This document shows, piece by piece, positions 37,917 through 46,763 of a stretch of DNA of 64,000 nucleotides. The notes beneath the pieces were generated by a model. That model was given only the letters and a program-made list of their open reading frames with translations, made no database searches and was not told the origin of the DNA. The position numbers and the translations under genes are program-made. This stretch comes from Minisyncoccota bacterium (GTDB lineage: Bacteria; Patescibacteriota; Minisyncoccia; Phycocordibacterales; UBA6065), in assembly GCA_041661645.1 (NCBI GenBank), contig JBAZUA010000001.1, positions 45,618-109,617 of the forward strand, in the 5' to 3' direction. Numbering within the stretch: position 1 is the stretch's first letter; the number at the start of each line of letters is the position of its first letter.

Positions 37917-39506
37917 CTACGGCACCTCCTCCGCCACAGGCAGTCGCACGATGAACTCGGCACCCTTGCCCAAGCCCTCCGAGACCGCCTGGATTGTGCC
38001 CCCATGCCTCTCGATGATCTGGCGGGCCATGAAAAGGCCGACGCCCATACCCTCGGTGTCCGACGTCTTGGCCTGCTTGCTCCTGAAGAACTTGCTGAAG
38101 ATGCGAGACATATCCTCCTTCGATATGCCGATTCCCGTATCCCTGATGCGAACGACGATGAATCGCCCGTCCTGCTCGGCGGAGAATGATATGGAGCCTC
38201 CCGCCGGGGTGTACATCAAAGAGTTCTCAACGACGGTCTGGAAAGCGAAGTTCATGCGGCGCAAGTCGATGGAGACGAAGGGCAGGTTCTGGGGGCAGGT
38301 CGCCGACAGGCTGATGTTCTTGTCCCTGACCAGCTTCTGCAGGCTTGACGCCGCCCTATCGAGCACCGAGCACATGTCCACCCGCTCGGGTGAATAGGAA
38401 TAATGCGCCTCGTCCGACTGCTTGAGGCTGACCAGGGTGTCCGTGAGCTCGACAAGAAGCTCGTTCGCACTATCGATTTCCTCAAGGGCCGCCGCGGCAT
38501 CCTCGTCACCGCCCTTCCCTGCGATGCTCTTCTTGAGCATCTCGGATGCCCACCTGATGCGAGTCAGCGGGGTTCGGAACTTGTGGGTGACTATGGTGAT
38601 GAACTCGTACTTCAGCACGTCTATGTCGCGCGTCTTCTCCCAGACGAACCCCCCGACGAGCACGGCGATCATGGAAGAGACGATAGGCAGGGCCCATGAC
38701 GGCATCCACGGATACGCGGTGGCGGCTATGTCCTGCGCCGAATTTATGCCCGCGATGAGAAGACCTCCCACGGCGACCAGGACGCCGTATACCAGGGACT
38801 TCTTCGCCACGACCTTGACCTCCATGATGTCCGAGCGGATGATTCCATATGCAAGAGGCAGGACGTAGAGGCTGAACGGTATGGCGTAGAGGGGGTCGAG
38901 GGGAATGTCGAAGACGAGGACGAACGAGACGCTTCCCAAGGGGAGGCCTATGGCAATTGCCCAGATGTAATAAAGGAGACTCTCGCGCTCCAAAGGCTCA
39001 GCCTTTCTATATGAGAGAATTACCTCGAAGAGACAATATGCCCCGCAGAGCATGAAAAAGGCGACCATCGCCCAATAAAGGAAGCCGGGCTGATAGTAGT
39101 TCGGGAGGTAGAGCTTTGGAATCGATGGGTGAAGGAAGGCGGATGGGTTCGCCATGAAATAGAGAATGAAGCCAGCGACGACTGAATAGAGACCGACGAG
39201 GATGCCCGACCTCTTCTGATCCTTCCCGAGCGTTGCCAGTATCCAATGAACAAGGAAGGCGGCGATGAAGAAGACGGAAAGATCGCCCATGAGAATGCTC
39301 CTCGAGACCTCGGGATCGGGCGCATTGATGCCCAGGATGTGTGTTATCTGAAAGGTCGCAACAGATATGCTCAGAAAGAGGAATATGACGTGAAGAGTCT
39401 TGTGCCTCCCCTTCAGATAGACGGCAAAGCCAAAAATGAGGGTGAGCACGAAGGAAAAAGCGTATGCGACGTTGAGTATTGTCAGGGATATGTTGGTCGA
39501 ATTCAT
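37917..39506 (-). CDS. sensor histidine kinase with multi-TM (about 7-8 helices) sensor domain; no response regulator adjacent
   Basis: H-box …FITIVTHKFRTPLTRIRWASEML…; HATPase_c N/G1/G2 boxes (…NSLMYTPAGG…DTGIGI…GMGVGL…). Confidence 0.85.
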   Translation of the reverse strand: MNSTNISLTILNVAYAFSFVLTLIFGFAVYLKGRHKTLHVIFLFLSISVATFQITHILGINAPDPEVSRSILMGDLSVFFIAAFLVHWILATLGKDQKRSGILVGLYSVVAGFILYFMANPSAFLHPSIPKLYLPNYYQPGFLYWAMVAFFMLCGAYCLFEVILSYRKAEPLERESLLYYIWAIAIGLPLGSVSFVLVFDIPLDPLYAIPFSLYVLPLAYGIIRSDIMEVKVVAKKSLVYGVLVAVGGLLIAGINSAQDIAATAYPWMPSWALPIVSSMIAVLVGGFVWEKTRDIDVLKYEFITIVTHKFRTPLTRIRWASEMLKKSIAGKGGDEDAAAALEEIDSANELLVELTDTLVSLKQSDEAHYSYSPERVDMCSVLDRAASSLQKLVRDKNISLSATCPQNLPFVSIDLRRMNFAFQTVVENSLMYTPAGGSISFSAEQDGRFIVVRIRDTGIGISKEDMSRIFSKFFRSKQAKTSDTEGMGVGLFMARQIIERHGGTIQAVSEGLGKGAEFIVRLPVAEEVP

Positions 39507-39516
39507 GTGAGACTGT

Positions 39517-40521
39517 TTATCGCCTCGGTTTGCGGGCGATCGCTGCCTTTGCCGCGGCCTTTATATGCGAGGATCCCATGCCGTAATGCTCGACGAGCTC
39601 GGACGGGGTTCCCGACTGTCCGAACCTGTCATGGACGCCGATGAACTCGATCGGCACGGGACATTTTGCCGCGAGGAGCTCGGCAACGGCACTACCCATG
39701 CCTCCCGCCACCTGATGCTCTTCGGCGGTGACGATGGCGCCGGCCTCCTTTGCCGCGCGGACGATAGCCTCCTCATCGAGGGGCTTTATGGTGGCGAGAT
39801 TGATGACGCGTACCCCGATTTTCTCCCTTTCGAGTTCGCGCGCGGCGACGAGTGCCTTGTGAACCAAGGCGCCCGTGGCGATGATGGCGACATCAGGCTT
39901 GCCTGTTATGGGCTCGAAGAAGGTCTGTGCCTTCCCTATCGCAAACGGCGACGCATCGGTGGTCATGACAGGCGTCTTGTCGCGAATGAGACGTATGTAA
40001 ACGGGTTTGTCGGTCTTTGCCGTGGCGAGGGTCGCCTTGCGGGCCTCGATCGAGTCGCAGGGAGATATGACGGTCATGTTCGGCATGGCGCGCATGAGGG
40101 CGATGTCCTCGATGGCCTGATGGGTTCCCCCGTCGGGGCCGACCGATATGCCGGCATGGGAGCCGACTATTTTTACCGGCACGTCATTGTACGCGATGGT
40201 GGTGCGTATCTGCTCCCAGTTTCGTCCGGGCGAGAACATGGCATACGAGGTTATGAAGGGAATCTTCCCCATCGCAGCCATTCCCGAGGCGACGGTGGCA
40301 AGATTCTGCTCGGCCACGCCCATCTGGACGAAGCGCTTGGGGAACTTGTCGCGAAAGAGATTCATCTGGGTCGAGTCCGTGAGGTCGGCGCAGAGCCCGA
40401 CAACGTTATCATCCGCCTCACCCGCCGCCAAAAGCCCAAGGCCGAACCCTTTGCGTATCGGCACCTGTTCGACGTCCTTGTCGAATAGCTTTGGATTGAG
40501 TTTTTGTGAGGGGCTGAGCAT
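39517..40521 (-). CDS. transketolase, C-terminal (pyrimidine-binding + C-terminal domain) subunit
   Basis: 334 aa; …LCADLTDST…FVQMGVAEQNLATVASGMA… and …GSHAGISVGPDGGTHQAIEDIALMRAMPNMTV… are typical of TktB/split-transketolase C subunits. Confidence 0.85.
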   Translation of the reverse strand: MLSPSQKLNPKLFDKDVEQVPIRKGFGLGLLAAGEADDNVVGLCADLTDSTQMNLFRDKFPKRFVQMGVAEQNLATVASGMAAMGKIPFITSYAMFSPGRNWEQIRTTIAYNDVPVKIVGSHAGISVGPDGGTHQAIEDIALMRAMPNMTVISPCDSIEARKATLATAKTDKPVYIRLIRDKTPVMTTDASPFAIGKAQTFFEPITGKPDVAIIATGALVHKALVAARELEREKIGVRVINLATIKPLDEEAIVRAAKEAGAIVTAEEHQVAGGMGSAVAELLAAKCPVPIEFIGVHDRFGQSGTPSELVEHYGMGSSHIKAAAKAAIARKPRR

Positions 40522-40555
40522 AAAGCCTTTTTATTATACCATCACCGCCCGAGGC

Positions 40556-40804
40556 CTATAGGATAATCTTCACGAGCGCGACGAGGCCGACAATGATCCA
40601 CACGACGTTAAGCGTCGCGGGCTGATAGTTCTTCTTGTGCACGGAGACGACGAAGATGCCGAGCGCCGCGGTTATGTTTATGAGCTGATATGTCAGACCG
40701 TCGACGGAAAGGAATCCGAAGCTTGAGAGGGCGTATGCGGCGATCAGCCCGATCGCCCCATACCACCCGAACGCCTCGATGGCGATGTTTCTTTTATTGT
40801 TCAT
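40556..40804 (-). CDS. small membrane protein (83 aa, ~3 TM), hypothetical
   Basis: Start MNNKRNIAIEAFGWYGAIGLIAAY… overlaps the end of the upstream zinc-ribbon ORF; the longer 119-aa ORF extension is Arg-rich and unlikely to be coding. Confidence 0.4.
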   Translation of the reverse strand: MNNKRNIAIEAFGWYGAIGLIAAYALSSFGFLSVDGLTYQLINITAALGIFVVSVHKKNYQPATLNVVWIIVGLVALVKIIL

Positions 40805-40955
40805 TGTTTTTCTTAAGTAAGACCAGCCTCTCGTAGCACGCCTTGCAGACATGGTCCTTCTTGGCCATGCCGTTTGCGTCGGGAGCACTGAAAAGAAGCG
40901 CGCCGTAATCGACAAGCTCCTCTCCGCAGAAATCGCATGTGGGGTTTATTGCCAT
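40794..40955 (-). CDS. small zinc-ribbon protein (53 aa), hypothetical
   Basis: Not in the ORF track (<60 aa). Hand translation MAINPTCDFCGEELVDYGALLFSAPDANGMAKKDHVCKACYERLVLLKKNNEQ* shows CxxC…(24)…CxxC. Begins 2 nt after the stop of the upstream gene. Confidence 0.4.
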   Translation of the reverse strand: MAINPTCDFCGEELVDYGALLFSAPDANGMAKKDHVCKACYERLVLLKKNNEQ

Positions 40956-40956
40956 A

Positions 40957-41268
40957 TTATAGAATCTTAGATCTCGCCTGTTCCACCCTCATCCTCCTCA
41001 ACCTTCGTAAGACGAATATGTTACGGATTATCGAATAGAACGCGGCGGCGAAGGATATGAGGATCAGGGGCGCGAAGACTGGAATCGGCGACATGTTCCT
41101 GAATTTTGTGAAAAGCTCCCCATTTCCATGCGTCACGGCCACGTAGACTAAAGCGGCAATGAATCCAGCACTGTAGATTATCAACAAGGAAAGGATAACT
41201 CGCTGCGGCCACCTCACTATTTTGAAGGGCTTTATGACGGCGCCCGCATTTGTGTTCGTAGGTATCAT
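40957..41268 (-). CDS. small two-TM membrane protein (103 aa), hypothetical; ATGA-coupled to the transketolase N-subunit gene
   Basis: Start MIPTNTNAGAVIKPFKIVRW… whose ATG overlaps the TGA of the upstream tkt-N gene (…CATATGA… on the minus strand). Confidence 0.4.
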   Translation of the reverse strand: MIPTNTNAGAVIKPFKIVRWPQRVILSLLIIYSAGFIAALVYVAVTHGNGELFTKFRNMSPIPVFAPLILISFAAAFYSIIRNIFVLRRLRRMRVEQARSKIL

Positions 41269-42116
41269 ATGTGTGATTTCGCCTCCCTCAATTCGCGCAG
41301 GGCCATCTCCCCTTCCTCCTTGCTCGGCGGCTTGCCGTGCCATTCGTACTTGTGCTCGAACTCGGCGACGCCCTTGCCCGGTATGGTATGGGCCATGATG
41401 CAGGTCGGCCTCTCGAAGGTCGCGCGGGCCCTCTCGAAGGCGTCGGCTATTTCCTCCATGTTGTGCCCGTCTATCTCGATGACGTTCCAGCCGAAGGTGA
41501 TGTACTTGTTCACGAACGGCTCAAGGGGCATGATGTCCTCAGTGTTGCCGTCTATCTGTATGTTATTGCGGTCCACGACGCAGACGAGGTTACCCAGCTT
41601 CTCCTTGCCCGCAAGCATTATGGCTTCCCAGGTATTACCCTCGTCATGCTCGCCGTCGGAGGTCAGGCAATAGATGCGCCTTGACGTCGACTTGCCGCTA
41701 TCGATCCTGTCGGCGAGGGCCATGCCCACGGCCTGGGAGAGGCCCGAGCCGAGCGGTCCGGACGAGGTCTCGAGCATCGGGAGGAAATCCCGATGCGGGT
41801 GCCCCTGCAGGCGAGAGCCGAATTTACGCAGGGTCAGAAGCTCCTCCACCGGAAAGTATCCCGCATGGGCCATGCTCGAATAGAGGACCGGGCAGATGTG
41901 GCCGTTCGAGAGGACGAGCCTGTCACGGCCGTCCCATTTCGGATTCTTCGGATCATGCTTGAGGGTGTGAAAATAGAGCACGGTGAAGATATCCGCCATG
42001 CCGAGAGGCCCAGCGGTGTGTCCCGAACCCGCCTCTACGAGCATCTCTATGATCGACTGGCGAATATCATTCGCCTGAAGCTCGAGGTCCCGTGTCTTTT
42101 TGCTTGAGAGGGCCAT
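41265..42116 (-). CDS. transketolase, N-terminal (TPP-binding) subunit
   Basis: 283 aa; …GSGHTAGPLGMADIFTVLY…, …DRLVLSNGHICPVLYS…, …GSLGQGLS…, …CLTSDGEHDEGNTWEA… match the TktA N-subunit. Confidence 0.85.
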   Translation of the reverse strand: MALSSKKTRDLELQANDIRQSIIEMLVEAGSGHTAGPLGMADIFTVLYFHTLKHDPKNPKWDGRDRLVLSNGHICPVLYSSMAHAGYFPVEELLTLRKFGSRLQGHPHRDFLPMLETSSGPLGSGLSQAVGMALADRIDSGKSTSRRIYCLTSDGEHDEGNTWEAIMLAGKEKLGNLVCVVDRNNIQIDGNTEDIMPLEPFVNKYITFGWNVIEIDGHNMEEIADAFERARATFERPTCIMAHTIPGKGVAEFEHKYEWHGKPPSKEEGEMALRELREAKSHI

Positions 42117-42146
42117 TGAATGTATGTGATTATTCTATCACGCCGA

Positions 42147-42848
42147 CTAGAGCGCCTTGAACTGCTGAAGTGTCTCCAGGATGTTGTGCGAGGCGAACAG
42201 GGCCGATCCGACGACCAGCCTGTCAGCGCCGGCATCCACGAGCATCCTGCCCGTCTCGAGACTCACTCCCCCGTCAACGGATATGACGAGGTTGGGATGG
42301 GCCAGCCTCAATGCCGAGATGAGCGCAAGCGAACGCGGGTCGAAAGGCTGGCCCTGATGTCCGACCTTGGCTATGCCCATGACCTGGACGAAATGGATCT
42401 GTTCGACGATGCCGGCGACGATGCCCGCATCGGCGGTGCTGTCGAGGGCGATGCCGAGCTCGATGTCGAACGGTCCGAGCTCCTCGGACTTTTTTCCAAA
42501 GTCAGCCAAGATACCCTCGAGCTCCTCGTCAGTGACGCTTGCCCTATGCACGACGATGCGCGAGGCACCAGCCGATATGAAGTCGGGGATCTTCCCTTGA
42601 ACGTATTTGGTCATGAGGTCGAACTCGATGTTGGCATCCTCCCAGTGAGGGAGCGCCCGATTCTGGTCAATGATGTCCTGGAATATGTCGTCATGATCAC
42701 CCTTGAGGTACGGCCAGGTGCGCGATGACGTGTATCCGCCGTCGCAGACGTCCACCTGTACCACAGGCGCGTGCGCGGCGATGAGCTCGAGCTTTTCCTC
42801 GAGCTCGGCATATGACTTTGGGAGTATCGCTGGGATGATTTCGGCCAT
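42147..42848 (-). CDS. rpe: ribulose-phosphate 3-epimerase family (TIM-barrel) protein
   Basis: …IIPAILPKSYAELEEKL…VQVDVCDG…, …VISVDGGVS… matches RPE-like (beta/alpha)8 barrel motifs. Confidence 0.75.
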   Translation of the reverse strand: MAEIIPAILPKSYAELEEKLELIAAHAPVVQVDVCDGGYTSSRTWPYLKGDHDDIFQDIIDQNRALPHWEDANIEFDLMTKYVQGKIPDFISAGASRIVVHRASVTDEELEGILADFGKKSEELGPFDIELGIALDSTADAGIVAGIVEQIHFVQVMGIAKVGHQGQPFDPRSLALISALRLAHPNLVISVDGGVSLETGRMLVDAGADRLVVGSALFASHNILETLQQFKAL

Positions 42849-42873
42849 GGGATTTGATGCGCCTCTCGCGGGG

Positions 42874-43329
42874 TTACTGGTGAATTATGTTATAGAGCTT
42901 CTGTATGCGCCTCTTGTGCCTCTCGTCGCCCGAGAAGGCCGTGCCGATCCACAGCGTTGTGGCCCTAAGGGCCTCTTCAGGCGATAGGAACCTCGCCCCG
43001 AGGGCGAGGACGTTCGCGTCGTTGTGCTCGCGCGACAGCTTCACAATGTCCATATTGCCGCCATAATAGACCGCTGCCCTGACACCATAGAACTTGTTGG
43101 CGCAGATGGCCTCACCCTGCCCAGACCCGCCGATGACGATGCCCCTGACGAGGCTCGGCTGATGCGAGACCTCCTTGGCGACGAGAGAGATGAAATCGGG
43201 ATAGTCGTCCTCGGCATCATAAGATTTCGCGCCAAGGTCACGCACGTCATGTCCCTCAAGGGAGAGCCTCTCGAGGAGGAATCTCTTCAGCTCGAAACCG
43301 GCATGGTCGCTTGCGATGAATATCTTCAT
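42874..43329 (-). CDS. rpiB: ribose-5-phosphate isomerase B
   Basis: MKIFIASDHAGFELKRFL…GIVIGGSGQGEAICANKFYGVRAAV… typical RpiB/LacAB. Confidence 0.85.
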   Translation of the reverse strand: MKIFIASDHAGFELKRFLLERLSLEGHDVRDLGAKSYDAEDDYPDFISLVAKEVSHQPSLVRGIVIGGSGQGEAICANKFYGVRAAVYYGGNMDIVKLSREHNDANVLALGARFLSPEEALRATTLWIGTAFSGDERHKRRIQKLYNIIHQ

Positions 43330-43454
43330 ATCTCCGTTATTCTACCATGTGCATAACTCGATGGAAAACGACTCCCGACAGGCAGATACTTATACGAGGA
43401 AACTCTCTCGGTCCACCATCACCCCAACCCCATACCCCTCGAGGAGTCAGCACA

Positions 43455-43940
43455 ATGAAACACATAGCCGTCCAGGCCATCGTCCTGCTGTTGCTTGTCT
43501 TCGCGGCAGATCTTCACGGATCAGCCGCCGACCACGCCCGCCAGTCATTCAGCTACAACCCCAACGCCCGCACAACTTCCGTCGACGATTCGACGCCTCC
43601 CGCGCCCGAGACCCTGCTGTATGTCCGCGAGGCCATACAGAGAGACCTCGCCGCCCGCTTCGCGCCGAAGACCGTCAAACCCGACGTTCTCGATGCCTTG
43701 GATAGATTCACCTTCGTGTCCAACCTGCAAGAGGACAGCATCCTGAGTGGCCTCATAGACAAGATCAACCTGGTCAACAACGCATACAAGGACATGAGGG
43801 CAGGTTTCGACGCCAACTTCATGGGAGCATCCTTCACTGTGTATGCGAGGTCAAAGATAATCTGGAACATCGGCCATGCAAAGACTATCGAGATAAAGTA
43901 CGCTGGCGAAAAGTCGCTCAGCTTCGTGTACTCGTTCTGA
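43455..43940 (+). CDS. exported hypothetical protein with C-terminal beta-barrel-like signature
   Basis: RBS GAGGAG; signal peptide MKHIAVQAIVLLLLVFAADLHGSAA; ends …KSLSFVYSF (alternating hydrophobic residues, terminal Phe). Confidence 0.45.
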   Translation: MKHIAVQAIVLLLLVFAADLHGSAADHARQSFSYNPNARTTSVDDSTPPAPETLLYVREAIQRDLAARFAPKTVKPDVLDALDRFTFVSNLQEDSILSGLIDKINLVNNAYKDMRAGFDANFMGASFTVYARSKIIWNIGHAKTIEIKYAGEKSLSFVYSF

Positions 43941-44018
43941 CATCCACGGCCCGTCAGCAAAGCGCCCCGAAGTAATTCGGGGCGCTTTTTATGACTGAGG
44001 TGTTTAATATGGCCTATC

Positions 44019-44327
44019 CTATGAGCCTTTCTGGCCCTTGAGAATGATCTTCTCGTCGAAGCCGCCCCGCTCCTCCCTCTTCTTCTGCTGAATCGCCTCA
44101 ACATCGGAATATTCAGGGAGCCGTTTAAGGGCTTCGACTACCTCTATGACATCAGCCAGCTCTTCCACGTCACCGGCTTCCGAGAACTCCTGAATCTCTT
44201 CGCCCAACTTCTTTATCAGTTCGGCCTTGTATTCTTCGGGAGAGGCGATTCTCTTTTCGTAAGTGACGCCCTTCTCATCAAGAATCTCAGGGATCCTGTC
44301 CCTGACTAGTTTGTTGTAGCTTTCCAT
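44019..44327 (-). CDS. MazG-like all-alpha NTP pyrophosphohydrolase family protein
   Basis: MESYNKLVRDRIPEI…EELADVIEVVEAL… matches the small MazG-like/PRA-PH-like NTP-PPase pattern. Confidence 0.55.
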   Translation of the reverse strand: MESYNKLVRDRIPEILDEKGVTYEKRIASPEEYKAELIKKLGEEIQEFSEAGDVEELADVIEVVEALKRLPEYSDVEAIQQKKREERGGFDEKIILKGQKGS

Positions 44328-44329
44328 GA

Positions 44330-45370
44330 TTATTTTATGAGTCCCCCGGCCTTCACCACATGATCCACCAACGTGTAGGTGTACCCCATCTCATTGTCAT
44401 ACCAGGCGAGCACCTTGACGAGATCACCGTCGACGACTCGAGTGAACTCGAGGTCGACGATGGAGGCATGTCGGTTACCCTTGATGTCAGAGGACACCAG
44501 AGGCTCGTCAGAGACGGTGAATATCCCCTCCCATCGGGACTCCTTGGCTGCGGCGCTCAAGATGGCGTTGACCTCCTCGGCACTGGTCTTTCGCTTTGCC
44601 ACGAAGGTAACGTCGACGATGGAGCCCACGACGACGGGGACGCGAATCGACACGCCGTCGAACTTGCCGGCGAGCTGAGGAAGCGCCTTGGTTACGGCAA
44701 TCGCGGCACCGGTAGAAGACGGAACGATGTTCATGGCCGCCGCCCTGCCCTCTCGCAAATCCTTCTTTGAGGGACCGTCGACGAGAGCCTGGCTCGCCGT
44801 GTAGGCGTGCACGGTGTTGAGGATGGCCTTCTGTATGCCGATCTTCTCGTCGAGTATGGCGATGAGGGGCGATCCCGCGTTCGTGGTGCATGAGGCATTC
44901 GAGGTGATCGGACAGGTGCCGAACCCCTCCTCGTTCAGGCCCATGAGTATGGTCGCGGCGGCCGTGGATCCCGGCTCGTCCTTTGCGGGAGCCGATATGA
45001 CGACGTGCTTTGCGCCCGCATCGAGGTGAACCTTGGCCTTATCATAGCTCGTGAAGAGGCCGGTGCACTCGACGACGACGTCGATGTCGAGGGCCTTCCA
45101 CGGGAGCTTGGTCGGGTCCTTCTCCTGAACGAACGCGACGGACTTGCCATCGATGACGAGGGCCGATCCGTCGGCCTTTGCCTCGACCTCGAAGGGGGCG
45201 ATGCCGTAAGCGCTGTCGTATTTGAGGAGATAGGCGAGGTTGGCCGCGTTGCCGAGGTCGTTTATGGCAACGACCTCGATGTCCTTCCTCTCGCGGGCGA
45301 CCTTCACGAACGCCCTGCCTATCCTGCCGAAGCCGTTGATGGCTACCCGAATCTTCTTTGTGGTGAACAT
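44330..45370 (-). CDS. gap: glyceraldehyde-3-phosphate dehydrogenase, type I
   Basis: …IRVAINGFGRIGR… NAD-binding motif; catalytic …SNASCTTNA…; ~346 aa. Confidence 0.9.
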   Translation of the reverse strand: MFTTKKIRVAINGFGRIGRAFVKVARERKDIEVVAINDLGNAANLAYLLKYDSAYGIAPFEVEAKADGSALVIDGKSVAFVQEKDPTKLPWKALDIDVVVECTGLFTSYDKAKVHLDAGAKHVVISAPAKDEPGSTAAATILMGLNEEGFGTCPITSNASCTTNAGSPLIAILDEKIGIQKAILNTVHAYTASQALVDGPSKKDLREGRAAAMNIVPSSTGAAIAVTKALPQLAGKFDGVSIRVPVVVGSIVDVTFVAKRKTSAEEVNAILSAAAKESRWEGIFTVSDEPLVSSDIKGNRHASIVDLEFTRVVDGDLVKVLAWYDNEMGYTYTLVDHVVKAGGLIK

Positions 45371-45449
45371 GGTGTTGATATGGTTTAGATGGGAATAGTA
45401 TACCAGAGGATTAGGGAATCATGCCGCCCCGTGATAATCTTTTCAGACC

Positions 45450-46163
45450 ATGCAAAAGCCCACGACGCTTATGCCAGGACAGGAACGACTCGAGCGGGCC
45501 ATCGCCCACAAGGGGCTTGCCTCGAGGCGCGAGGCCAAGGCCCTCATCGTCAAGGGCGCGGTGTCGGTCAACGGCAGGATGGTGACGGAACCGGGCTTCG
45601 GCATACTGCCCGACACCGACGTCATCGAGATAGACGGCATCGACGCACTGGCAGACAAGCAATCATTCCTCGTCTACAAGCCCCGCGGCATCGAGACGAG
45701 CAAGACGAGCGCGTCATCGAGGGACCTTCACGACCAGTTCCCCGCCCTCGCCCGCCTCCATCCGATTGGCAGGCTCGACAAGGATTCGGAAGGACTCATC
45801 ATCATGTCGGATGACGGCGTCCTCGCCCGCGCCCTGACCAAGGTCGGCTCCACCGTCGGCAAAACCTATCTGGCCACCGTTCGCGAGCAGGTCACAGACA
45901 CGAGCCTCGGCAGGATGGCGCACGGCATCGTCATAGACGGCGTCATTACCCTTCCCGCCATCGTCAAACGCGCGTCGCGCACGTCATTTACCATCGAGCT
46001 CCACGAGGGCCGCAAGCATCAGATCAGACGCATGGCCGACCACTGCAAGCTCACCCTCGAATCCCTCGAGCGCGTGGGCATAGGGCATCTCGTCATCGGC
46101 ACTATGAAGCCAGGCAGTTCCCGCAAGATATCAGCCGAGGACATAGAGACACTCAAGGCATAG
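45450..46163 (+). CDS. rRNA pseudouridine synthase (RsuA/RluB family) with N-terminal S4 domain
   Basis: S4 domain (…RLERAIAHKGLASRREAKALIVKGAVSVNGRMV…); catalytic …HPIGRLDKDSEGLIIMSDDG…. Confidence 0.85.
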   Translation: MQKPTTLMPGQERLERAIAHKGLASRREAKALIVKGAVSVNGRMVTEPGFGILPDTDVIEIDGIDALADKQSFLVYKPRGIETSKTSASSRDLHDQFPALARLHPIGRLDKDSEGLIIMSDDGVLARALTKVGSTVGKTYLATVREQVTDTSLGRMAHGIVIDGVITLPAIVKRASRTSFTIELHEGRKHQIRRMADHCKLTLESLERVGIGHLVIGTMKPGSSRKISAEDIETLKA

Positions 46164-46236
46164 CCAAAGCCACCCTCGCTTGACTTATAGATAAGTTACT
46201 ATAATATAGTACTATATATTAATAGCTGCCAAAGCC

Positions 46237-46458
46237 ATGACAACCATCACCATACCCATAAACGACAGCCTCAACGACTTCGTGAACGAACAGGTTAGGA
46301 TCGGCAACGCCTCGAGCAAGGCCGACCTGGTGAGACGCGCCATACAGAAGATGAAGGAGGATGAATTTGTGCAGATGGTTCTCGCCGCAAAAAGGGAGAT
46401 AAAGGATGGAAAGATCCTCAAGGGAGACTTGGACCAGCTGGCTAAGGGCTTCGAATAG
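46237..46458 (+). CDS. ribbon-helix-helix (ParD/CopG-like) antitoxin candidate
   Basis: 73-aa ORF immediately upstream of and abutting a RelE/ParE-like ORF; AT-rich promoter-like sequence at 46185-46230. Confidence 0.55.
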   Translation: MTTITIPINDSLNDFVNEQVRIGNASSKADLVRRAIQKMKEDEFVQMVLAAKREIKDGKILKGDLDQLAKGFE

Positions 46459-46459
46459 C

Positions 46460-46720
46460 ATGCTGGAAATCCGATACGCGCCAAGCTTCGTGCGCATGTA
46501 CGCAAGACTCCCTGCCAGCCTCAAATCAGAGATTAAAGAGAAAATCTCGACATTCAGGGACAAGGGCAATCACGATGCGCTCAAGGTTCACAAGCTCAAA
46601 GGAAACCTTGAAAACACCTTTTCCTTTTCAGTCAATTATAAAATCAGGGTCATCTTCGAATACGAGGACAAGAAATCCGTCAACCTGCTTTTGGTCGGCG
46701 GACACGACAACGTATATTAA
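46460..46720 (+). CDS. RelE/ParE-family type II toxin candidate
   Basis: MLEIRYAPSFVRMYARLPASLKSEIKEKI…YKIRVIFEYEDKKSVNLLLVGGHDNVY fits the RelE/ParE fold pattern; hairpin terminator at 46721-46748. Confidence 0.6.
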   Translation: MLEIRYAPSFVRMYARLPASLKSEIKEKISTFRDKGNHDALKVHKLKGNLENTFSFSVNYKIRVIFEYEDKKSVNLLLVGGHDNVY

Positions 46721-46763
46721 AAAATCCCCGCACATGCGGGGATTTTTTATATCTTGGATTGTC

